A stretch of DNA of 64,000 nt from an uncultured Spirochaetota bacterium (GTDB lineage: Bacteria; Spirochaetota; UBA4802; UBA5550), in NCBI GenBank assembly GCA_963827275.1, contig CAWHAA010000008.1, forward strand, positions 128,001 through 192,000, in the 5' to 3' direction. Both the position numbers and the translations under genes were made by a program. Each line of letters opens with the position of its first letter. Positions within the stretch are counted from its first letter, which is position 1. The notes beneath the pieces were generated by a model. That model did no database searches and was not told the DNA's origin. It saw only the letters and a list, made by a program, of their open reading frames with translations. Positions 30,028-38,863 of this stretch are shown piece by piece.

Positions 30028-30056
30028 CAAAATTTAATAATTGAAGGATTGTTTAT

Positions 30057-30915
30057 ATGAAAACAATAAATGAAAAGACTATTTTAGAAAGTGCTATCGA
30101 ATATCACAATTTGGGCTTCTCGGTGATTCCATGTTACCGTTTTGAAGGTTCAACAGATGAAGTAGAAAAGAAAAGACGGAAGCAGCCATGTATCAGTTGG
30201 ACCGTATATCAAAAGGAGCGAGCTTCATTAGCGCAGATAAGGGAATGGTTCGGTAATAATGATTATAACATTGGTGTCATACTCGGTACGATTTCTAACA
30301 ATCTAATTGCAATCGATTTCGACGAGCCTGACCAATTTGATCGTTGGTCTAATAGCTTCAAGCATTTACTTGATAAAACTCCTATTGTCCAAACCGGTAA
30401 ACCCTATGGGCGACATGTCTATTTCCGTTTAAAAAATGGAGTGCAGAAAAAAATCACCAACGCATTTTTCGAGGGACAAAGAATAGGTGAAATAAGGGGT
30501 GAAAAATGTCAAAATTTAATCGCACCCTCAATCCATCCTAACGATACCATCTATAAGATTATTACCCCTTTTGAAGTGGGCATAATCGAAATTGGAGACG
30601 TTTCGGAAATCGGTATTTACGAAGAAGCATCCGGTAAAAAGTCACGAAGAAACAAGGCGGAAGAGTATTTCATAAGCGACGCACCCGAATTTTATGGAAA
30701 AAAGAAAGATAAACCAACTTATGTAAAAAAACTCATTGATGCTCTTGAAGGTACTCCGGCTGGACAGCGGAATAGTGCGCTCAATACCGTTGCTTATAAG
30801 ATCGGACTTTTCGCTTCACAAAATGAAATAGACTCAACCAGCATAATTCATGAACTGGAAAACGCCGGACATTCCATCGGGTTGGATCATCATGAAGTTC
30901 TGCCCACTATTATTT
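30057..30915 (+). pseudogene. Bifunctional DNA primase/polymerase (Prim-Pol + PriCT), truncated at the 125-bp repeat
   Basis: GFSVIPC, KQP...W..YQ, NIGVILG, AIDFD, TPIVQTG...HVYF, APSIHP and GQRNSALN motifs. The ORF tail (FLGMCPRL...) is repeat sequence; no helicase portion follows. Confidence 0.85.
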
Positions 30916-31040
30916 ACTTTCTAGGAATGTGCCCCCGCCTTAGAGTCGGCCCAGGTGACACAATGCTTTTTATCAGCAATTACTTCCTCTTAGATTAAGC
31001 CCCTCCAGCAGAAAAAGCGCTGGACAGGGGCTTAAAATTT
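30916..31040 (-). repeat. 125-bp array repeat R2
   Basis: Identical copy, ACTTTCTAGG...GGGGCTTAAAATTT. Confidence 0.95.
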
Positions 31041-31077
31041 ACAATCAAGAAGTAAGCCCTGATAACGTGTCCCTTTT

Positions 31078-31168
31078 ACCGTGGCCGGGAAGGATGATTC
31101 GTGAGCGATAACCCGGAGGCCGGTATCCGGCTCATCCGGCCGTCACCGGGATCACGGGCGGGGGGATG
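31078..31168 (+). repeat. ~90-bp segment homologous to 29210-29300 (wHTH tail TVAG....S* plus downstream hairpins)
   Basis: ACCGTGGCCGGG...TCGTGAGCGATAACCCGGAGG...CCGTCACCGGGAT. Confidence 0.85.
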
Positions 31169-31258
31169 GATGTCTCAAATTATGTGGGCCATTCATCTAC
31201 TTCAATTACTGCGGACATGTACGTCCATGATCAATTGAAGGTGGAGGATGTGTTTTGA
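31169..31258 (+). pseudogene. Tyrosine recombinase C-terminal remnant
   Basis: DVSNYVGHSSTSITADMYVHDQLKVEDVF* matches the box II pattern (LGH.S...T..Y.H) including the catalytic Tyr. Confidence 0.75.
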
Positions 31259-31284
31259 GTCGCCCTGCGGGGCTTTTTGCAGGG

Positions 31285-31728
31285 CTACCGCCCTGCACCT
31301 GGTGAAGATATTAAGTTATTTATTCTATCAACTAATTTTTTTTGAAGAAAAAAACAAACAATAAGAATAATTAAATATGCAATAAGTAAATAATTCAATT
31401 TAGTAATTATAAAAATAAAAACATTGATCACCAATAACAACCAACAATAAAAAAATCCTGATTTAACAATCAATAAAATTATATCTCTGACACAATTTTT
31501 ACCCTTAATATTTTTAGGAACTTGAATAAAAGTGTGATATAAATCTATTATTACAAATAATAATATAAATACTGCAACAGCTCTTGCTTCAAATCCTTCC
31601 ATAGAATACCCAGAAGCTGTTTTCAACTTACCATCGAGCAATATCCAAATATTAACACTACTTAAAAACGGGAATAAATAGAATCCAATATAATTTATAT
31701 CCGATATATTTTGATTATTTTTTTTCAT
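31285..31728 (-). CDS. AT-rich ~4-TM membrane protein (candidate immunity protein)
   Basis: 147 aa with four hydrophobic segments; start overlaps the stop of the upstream headless ORF. Confidence 0.65.
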   Translation of the reverse strand: MKKNNQNISDINYIGFYLFPFLSSVNIWILLDGKLKTASGYSMEGFEARAVAVFILLFVIIDLYHTFIQVPKNIKGKNCVRDIILLIVKSGFFYCWLLLVINVFIFIITKLNYLLIAYLIILIVCFFLQKKLVDRINNLISSPGAGR

Positions 31729-32260
31729 TTTTATTACTTAGAATATTACTAACAGCATCTTTTATATTACTGATATTATCCAGCACTTTCCCCAATCCAA
31801 TACCTGTTAGTATTCCATAGGCTTCACTTTTTGATGAAGCTGTAGCAGTACCAGTCGGAAGACCTTGCAAAACACCTTTTCCAAAATCAATTTTCGAATT
31901 ATGATTCGGAATCTTGGTTGCTAAATTTGTAGTTTTCTCATTGATAGTTTTGGATATTTCTTTACTAATTGCTTTTGCCTCAGTTGCACCACCTGTTCTT
32001 CCAGATAATAACTCAAGAGATGATGATTTACCAGAAAGTACATTCGAAGCCTTTTCATTAAAGAATGAAGATACAGCATAATAAATCGCCTTTCCTCCTT
32101 GTGCAAGGGTTTTGGCATCATATTTTCCAGAATTAAATCTATCTAAAAACTTTTCTTTAGCTTGGAACATTTTATCTTTTGCATCATCAGCTGCATCTTT
32201 TAGTAACTGACTAATTGGATCGGGCTTAGGATTTGGTTCAAGACCTTTGGGATAAATTTT
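31715..32260 (-). pseudogene. Headless ORF (putative polymorphic toxin C-terminal domain)
   Basis: Frame open from the repeat edge at 32260 (KIYPKGLEPNPKPDPISQLLKDAADDAKDKMFQ...); Gly/Ala-rich amphipathic C-terminus; in-frame TAA inside the repeat. Confidence 0.55.
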
Positions 32261-32385
32261 ACTTTCTAGGAATGTGCCCCCGCCTTAGAGTCGGCCCAGG
32301 TGACACAATGCTTTTTATCAGCAATTACTTCCTCTTAGATTAAGCCCCTCCAGCAGAAAAAGCGCTGGACAGGGGCTTAAAATTT
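32261..32385 (-). repeat. 125-bp array repeat R1 (transposase-proximal)
   Basis: Identical copy; contiguous with the leader 32386-32511 and the transposase stop. Confidence 0.95.
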
Positions 32386-32511
32386 CGCGCGCGCCGGAAA
32401 AATGAGAAAAATTTTTGAAAAGCTGAAACGAATGCCCACCCGCAGAATAGAACAACAGCGGTTTGTCAAAATAGCAAGAAATTTTCGGGAATTATTGAGA
32501 GAAATCAAACA

Positions 32512-33762
32512 TCACGGCCCTTTCTTCATCCTGAAATACCCGCCGTACAAGAAGATGTGTTTTCCAGAGTTTCCGCCACTCCCGGTCCGCAAAAAAGGCA
32601 AAAACAGATGATTCGATCATTTCTGCACCACAGTCGGGGCATATCTCCGGATTTTTGTCGAATGAGCTCTATGGCTTTCGCCCAGGTCTTTCGTTGTTAT
32701 CTCGTCTAACTTTTTGCTTAATTCCATGCGCGTATATCCCGTAATATCGTATCGCTTTTTCCCGGCATAATTGCGGCATCCTGCCGCATGCCGGGACTTC
32801 GGCATCCATGCCTCAGCCATTTCCGGAAGAGAAGAGCATCCGGGCCATGAATTCGAAGATGTCAATGGTCATTTCAGAGATAGGTCTTTTCCTTCGTATT
32901 ACGGTCAACCCAGCTCTTGTATCTGAATGTTATTTTCCTGTTACCATGGTCAACGCCCGTTATCATGCTGTTGTGGAAGTATCCGGCCGCAAGGTATTCC
33001 GCAGTGCGAAATAAAACTTCGTTATTCGTGCCGATTAATCGGCTGTAGATGAACATGAAAGCCGTTTTTATATTTGCTCCCTGATTGTGCGAACTTCTTC
33101 TTCGGTATAATATCCCATGTTTTCGGAATAGGCGAAGTACGGCATTCATCCATGAAAAGCGGATTCTTCGGTAGTTCAGGAGCGGTGAGCGGAGTATCTC
33201 TCCTGTTAATGTATTCACCAGCTCCCGTGTGCCGATCAGGTGCACATGCGGATTGTAGTTCAGGGCGTTACCGCATTTGTGCAGCGTGGCGATGCTGCCT
33301 GATTGCCATTCTTTTCCGGGATTTCCCGCGCTTTTCAGGAGTTCCTTCCAGTACACGCCCGATGCGGTGGTGATGAGGTCCTCGCACGGGAAACGTTTCT
33401 CGAAGAGCGCCCGGATCACCGGTCCGGGAAGGGTGAAGGTGACGTGGAAATGGGACAGAGTCGTGTGCATGACCTCCGATAGTGATTCATGACCAGCCGA
33501 ACAGCTTTTTCCGGTAGCAGGAGCAGACAGAGCCGCGATTTGCAGGTGAAGGGCACCATGAGGATCGTGCCGCACTCCGGGCAGACGTGCTTGCGGAACA
33601 ACCGTTTCGGTAGTCTCCACAAGAAAGGAGCTTAAGTAACCTCGATAGCATTGCTCTTCTGACAGATCGCCATAGAGCGGGCGCAAAGTTTTCCGGATAT
33701 TGCTCCCTGAATTCATGCCAGTATCGCCGCCATACTCCCTTGTAGAGGGACTGCCTGTCCAT
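32512..33762 (-). mobile_element. IS91/ISCR-like HUH transposase, multiply frameshifted
   Basis: Motifs across frames: KLLSCGD, CPECG...VPFTCKSRLC.SC (zinc-binding domain), HVTFTLP, LHKCG.ALNYNPHVH (HUH), RTAEYL, ITFRYK, EFMARML, IRYYGIYA, CPDCGAEM and YFRMKKGP*. Confidence 0.88.
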
Positions 33763-33928
33763 CCCGGGCCGGTAGGACGGCGCGATGTCGCTTGTCCGCA
33801 GGTACATGAACGGGGGACGAGCGGGAATATCGAATGATGGAAAACTATTTCCTGTGCGCCCCCTCTGGGGGTCGGGGGGTAATTCGCGCCCCCATGTCGC
33901 GGGAGCCGGGGCGGGTCAAAACCCGCCG

Positions 33929-35414
33929 TCAGTCCTGCGGCCGCATCGTGGGGAAGAGGAGCACGTCGCGGATCGAGGTCTCTCCCGTGAGGAGCATGAC
34001 GACCCGGTCGATGCCGATGCCGAGGCCGCCGGTGGGCGGCATGCCGGTCTCGATCGCCTGCACGAAGTTCTCGTCCATGGGCGGCGCTTCCTCGTCGACC
34101 GCGCGCCGGAGCGACTGCTCGTACAGGGTCTTCCGCTGGAAGACCGGGTCGTTCGATTCGCTGTAGGCGTTGGCGATCTCCGTGCCGTTGATGAAGAGCT
34201 CGAAGCGCTGGAGGAAGCGCTCGTCGTCGTAGTCGGGCTTGCACAGCGGCGTGGTCTCCACCGGGTGGTGCGTGATGAATACCGGCTGGACGAGCTTGTC
34301 TTCCACTAAAAGCTTGAAGAGCTCGTCGATGGCCAGGCCGCGGACGAAGCCGCCCTTGAGGTGGCCGTCCCTCTTATCGAGTTCCGCTTTAAGCTCGTCG
34401 TCGCTCATGGCCATGACGTCGATGCCGGCGTATTCTTTCAGGGCGTCCGTCACCTTGAGCCGCCGCCAGGGGGTCTTCAGGTCGATCTCCTTTCCCTCGC
34501 AGGCCACGGCCGTGGTGCCGTTCACCGCGAGCGCGGTCTGGCTCGATGATCTCCTCGGTGATCGCCATCATGTCGTTGAAATCGGCGTAGGCCTGGTAGA
34601 GCTCGAGCATGGTGAACTCGGGGTTGTGCGTGCGGTCGATCCCCTCGTTGCGGAAGCACTTGCCGATTTCATAGACGCGGTCGAACCCCCCGACGATAAG
34701 GCGCTTGAGGTAGGGCTCGAGCGAGATGCGCAGGTAGAGCGTTATGTCGAGCGCGTTGTGGCGCGAGGTGAAGGGCGCGGCCGCGGCGCCGCCGTAAACC
34801 GGCTGGAGCACCGGCGTCTCGACTTCCTGGAAATTCTTCCCGTCCAGGATCTTCTTGATCTGCCTGATGATCGCGATCCGCTTGAGGAAGGTCTCCTTCA
34901 CCCCGGGCGTCACGATCAGGTCCACGTGGCGGTTCCGGTAGCGCAGCTCCTTGTCAGCGAAGGCGTCGAAGACCTCGCCGTCCTTCTCCTTGACCACGGG
35001 GAGCGGCCGTATGTTTTTTGACAGGAGCGTCAGCGAGGTGATGAAGACCGTTATCTCGCCCGTCCTGGTCTTCTTCACCGGGCCTTTCACGCCGATGATG
35101 TCGCCGATGTCGAGCTTCTTGAAGAGCCGGTAGCTCTCCTCGCCGATGGCGTTCACCGCGACGTAGAGCTGTATCCTGCCGTCCCGGTCCTGAATGGTGC
35201 AGAAGCTGGCCTTCCCCATCTCGCGGACCGTCATGATGCGCCCGGCGATGCTGACGGTCTTTTCGGGCACGAGCGTTTCGTCGAAGCCGGCGATGATATC
35301 GGCCGAATAATCCGTCACATCGTATTTATACGGAAAGGGATTTATGCCGAGATCTTCGCGTATCTCTTTCAGCTTGTCTTTCCGTATCTTGATAAGAGCG
35401 CTTTCCTCTTCCAT
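33929..35414 (-). CDS. lysS: Lysine--tRNA ligase class II (one +1 indel near 34544)
   Basis: OB-fold (AGRIM...GKASF), [43 protein letters not shown] and [14 protein letters not shown]. Confidence 0.95.
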
Positions 35415-35750
35415 CGGACCATCCAGTCGCATTATTTTTGAAACACCGCCGGTGTTCGCACCCGCTGCGTAATCATCTTTTGAACAGAGTATGATGTGTC
35501 AAATTGTTTTTTCTTTGAAATAGGTAAACTAATACCCGTTATTGTCGGTTTTCAATCCCGCCGGCACGGAAAAATTCTTGAATATATCAAAAAAACGGAT
35601 CACTTTTGCGCCGGTTCAGGTCTAATTAATTTGAATTTTATATTTTTTTATTTACTAATTTGCCGCGGTTCCATTCTGTTGCTTTGATTTGCGCGGCCAT
35701 CGGTTATATATTGTTTCAGGAATATAACGGGCCGCATGGAGGACGTGAGA

Positions 35751-36722
35751 ATGAAAAGATGCGCTGGTATAATCGGCAACGCGATGGCAATCGCGCTGTT
35801 TTGTATTGCCGGCTCTTCAGAGAGTTACGCCAGGATATATAAGGTCGCTTCAATTGAAGGCGAAAAACCCGCTTCCGATGCCGCTGCACAGCAGGAGCCT
35901 GAAGCCGTTAAGGAGTTTTATCCTTCCGGGAAGCTTAAATCCGAAACGCCGTTTGTAAACGGAAATATCCATGGCACCAGGAAGAGCTATTTTGAAAGCG
36001 GCGTTCTCCAGAAAGAAGAAGAGTACCGGGACGGCCGGCGTGAAGGCGTTTCACGGGAATATTATGAGGACGGCGTGCTGAAAAATTACGAGACGTTCAA
36101 AGACGACCGGTTGAACGGCGAATGCTACATGAACTACCCCGGCGGCCAGAGGATCATGGCCGGGCAATGCGCGGACGGCAGGAAGACCGGGAAGTGGACG
36201 CTTTTCCATAATAACGGCAATAAATATATGGAGGGAAACTACGCTGACGGCATGATGCAGGGGCCGTGGCGGTCTTTCTCTCCGGACGGGTGGCTTGATT
36301 CCGAGGGGGAATATCAAAACGGGTCACAGTCAGGGATATGGACCTATTACGACAAGGCCAGGAGAGTCGCCAGGAAGCTGACACTGAAGGACGGAGTGAT
36401 TGACGGGATGTGCTGGATATACCGGCAGGGCAGGCTTGTGGGGGAGGGGACCATGACCGGGCAGTCGCATAATCCCGTACGGCACGGTGTATGGAAGTCA
36501 TATTATAAAAACGGGCAACTTAGATATGAGGGTCTCTTTGCAATGGGAGTGAAGAACGGGCCGTTCAAGGAATATTACCCCACCTCCAACAGCAGGGCGG
36601 CGGGAGAGTATGTGAACAACAAGCGGAACGGCAACTGGGTCTTCTATGACAGGGACGGTAAAACTGTTGACGAGGTGAAATCGGGCCTGTATACCATGGG
36701 CAAGCTTTTTAAAAAAACGTAA
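35751..36722 (+). CDS. Exported MORN-variant repeat protein (YwqK-like)
   Basis: Signal peptide; many repeats of G....YY.NG.L..EG.Y..G; GGAGG RBS. Confidence 0.85.
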   Translation: MKRCAGIIGNAMAIALFCIAGSSESYARIYKVASIEGEKPASDAAAQQEPEAVKEFYPSGKLKSETPFVNGNIHGTRKSYFESGVLQKEEEYRDGRREGVSREYYEDGVLKNYETFKDDRLNGECYMNYPGGQRIMAGQCADGRKTGKWTLFHNNGNKYMEGNYADGMMQGPWRSFSPDGWLDSEGEYQNGSQSGIWTYYDKARRVARKLTLKDGVIDGMCWIYRQGRLVGEGTMTGQSHNPVRHGVWKSYYKNGQLRYEGLFAMGVKNGPFKEYYPTSNSRAAGEYVNNKRNGNWVFYDRDGKTVDEVKSGLYTMGKLFKKT

Positions 36723-36893
36723 TTGTTGGCGGCTTCCAATTCTTTTAACAATCCTTTCTCGTTTTATTGAAATTAATGATTCGTGCCCTTTCAGGGGCCG
36801 GGCGGTAATTAATACACTGATAGATGTAACTATCCCCCCCTCTTTATTTTCAAAATACTGTTTGAAAATAAACACCCGGATTGTATATACATT

Positions 36894-38159
36894 ATGATGC
36901 ATGATATCGTGGCATATGAAGGGATCGGGGCATTTCACGGAGTGGTCCTGTTCGCGGTCTATTCCTTTATCGGATGGATCATTGAGGTCATCTACCGGTC
37001 GGCGAGACAGCGCACCTTCATCAATGCCGGGTTTCTCCACGGTACGTTTATCCCCATATACGGATTCGGCGCTCTCTTCATCATCATCCTTCATTATTTT
37101 ATCCATAGCCTCCCCGGCATACTGCAGCTGGCGGTCTATGGCGTTGTGCTGACCTCGGTGGAATACGCAGTCGGCTTCCTCTTTGAAAAGATATTCAACC
37201 TGAAGCTCTGGGACTATTCAGACAATAAATTCAACATCCACGGGAGGATCTGTCTCCTGTTTTCTCTCTTCTGGACCGCGCTGGCCTTCATCTTCGTCAG
37301 CTATATCCATCCGGTCGTTGTGCGGTACCTGGCCATGGTGAACGAGCCGTTTTTACAGGTCGCCTCCGTCCTCTTTCTCGCCTACATGGCGGTGGACTTC
37401 GCGTTTTCTGTCGGCTCAATCACGGCGTTCAGGAGCAGGATCGGGTATCTGTATGCCGAATATTTTAACCTGAGCAATGTGGAAATAGAGAAAATTTTCA
37501 ACTCATTCCGGCGTCTCAGGAACGCGTTCCCCCATCTCAACCGGTATATCGACAACAAGATTAATATCGAAATAAAGAACAGGGTCAATTCAATGATTAA
37601 GTCGGTCCAGGAAAAGATATTTCTGGACCTGGAGGGGAGAAAGCCCTTTGAAAAGGAATTCTATGACATCGTGCGCGATATTTACGGCCATGAAGAGTTC
37701 GTGAAGCTCAAGGAGTTCTTCCATCACAATTCCTCCATTTACGCCCACGTGAGGGACGTCGCCTATTTCTCCTACCGCGTGTGCAAGCTGTTAAAGCTTG
37801 ACTACCGCTCCGCGGCGCGCGGCGCGATGCTCCATGACTTTTTCCTGTATGACTGGCGGAACCATACCGAGCCTGAGCTGGCAAAGGAAAAATACCACGG
37901 GATCGAGCATCCCCGGATCGCACTTGAGAACGCTGAAAAATACTTCACGCTTAACAATATCGAGCGTGACATCATCGTGAAGCACATGTGGCCCCTCACC
38001 CTGGTCCCGCCGAGGTACAAGGAGTCGTTCATCGTGACGTTCGCCGACAAGTACCTGTCGTCGAAAGAGTTCCTGGATGAGTTCAAAAAATCGCGTGAAC
38101 TGAAACAGGGCCGCAAGCCCCGGGTGAAGCGCCGGGCCGTGCCTGAAGGACCGGAGTAG
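36894..38159 (+). CDS. CmpB/TMEM229-like membrane domain fused to an HD domain
   Basis: YSFIGW.IE, GFLHG...PIYG and LWDYS...FNI.GRICL; C-terminal HH...H, MLHDFFLYDW, HP, HMWPL and ADK. Confidence 0.85.
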   Translation: MMHDIVAYEGIGAFHGVVLFAVYSFIGWIIEVIYRSARQRTFINAGFLHGTFIPIYGFGALFIIILHYFIHSLPGILQLAVYGVVLTSVEYAVGFLFEKIFNLKLWDYSDNKFNIHGRICLLFSLFWTALAFIFVSYIHPVVVRYLAMVNEPFLQVASVLFLAYMAVDFAFSVGSITAFRSRIGYLYAEYFNLSNVEIEKIFNSFRRLRNAFPHLNRYIDNKINIEIKNRVNSMIKSVQEKIFLDLEGRKPFEKEFYDIVRDIYGHEEFVKLKEFFHHNSSIYAHVRDVAYFSYRVCKLLKLDYRSAARGAMLHDFFLYDWRNHTEPELAKEKYHGIEHPRIALENAEKYFTLNNIERDIIVKHMWPLTLVPPRYKESFIVTFADKYLSSKEFLDEFKKSRELKQGRKPRVKRRAVPEGPE

Positions 38160-38278
38160 ATTGCCAGGCCGCCGGGAGGGGAAAAGCTTGTTTCACGCAA
38201 TTTGTTCTTGATTTTACCATGACCGCCGACGGTACACTATCAAACAGCAGTTTGTTATGGAATGGCAAGTGAGGATGT

Positions 38279-38800
38279 ATGCCCACCGCAGATGAATTGA
38301 TCGCGCTGCTCCATCTCGAGCCGCTCCGGATCGAGGGGGGCTATTTTATCGAGACCTACCGGTCTGGCGAGACCGTCCCCCGCGCGGCCCTTGCGGACCG
38401 CTATTCCGGCCCGCGCTCGATCTCGACCGCGATATACTACCTGCTCACGCCCGGCACCTTTTCGGAGCTGCACCGGGTCAGCTCCGACGAGATATTTCAT
38501 TTTTACCTCGGCGACCCTGTCGAGATGCTCGAGCTGTTTCCCGATGGGTCCGGGAGGAGGAGCGTGCTCGGGAGCGACATCCCTGGCGGACAGCGCCCCC
38601 AGCATGTTGTGCCGGCAGGGGTGTGGCAGGGGACACGGCTCATCGACGGGGGGAGCGTTGCCCTCATGGGAACGACCGTGGCGCCGGGGTTCTCGTATGA
38701 TGATTACCTGTCGGGTGACAGGGATGACCTCGCGGGAAGGTATCCGATGTTTAAAGATATGATCGGGAAACTTACCAAGAGAATCATCGGGAATGAATAA
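38279..38800 (+). CDS. Cupin_5 (DUF985) protein
   Basis: EGGYF.ET, TAIYYLL, HRV.SDEIFHFY.G, VVPAGVWQ and VAPGF motifs. Confidence 0.9.
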   Translation: MPTADELIALLHLEPLRIEGGYFIETYRSGETVPRAALADRYSGPRSISTAIYYLLTPGTFSELHRVSSDEIFHFYLGDPVEMLELFPDGSGRRSVLGSDIPGGQRPQHVVPAGVWQGTRLIDGGSVALMGTTVAPGFSYDDYLSGDRDDLAGRYPMFKDMIGKLTKRIIGNE

Positions 38801-38863
38801 TCCTCTTTGCTTCTATTTCCCGCTGTTTATGACTGAGTGAAATAACGCTGGCGGAGAGCTGTA

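Noticed and set aside
28625..32385. CRISPR array
   Set aside because: Repeats are 125 bp and spacers are kb-scale and uneven; no cas genes in the window.
26089..32385. Classical integron
   Set aside because: No IntI gene, only a 29-codon integrase tail inside the cargo; hairpins lack RYYYAAC/GTTRRRY attC ends.
32874..34244. 456-aa ORF as a single gene
   Set aside because: Chimeric frame: off-frame lysS tail, intergenic DNA and one segment of the frameshifted transposase.
34540..34550. Split lysS
   Set aside because: Removing one base restores [13 protein letters not shown]; most likely an assembly indel.
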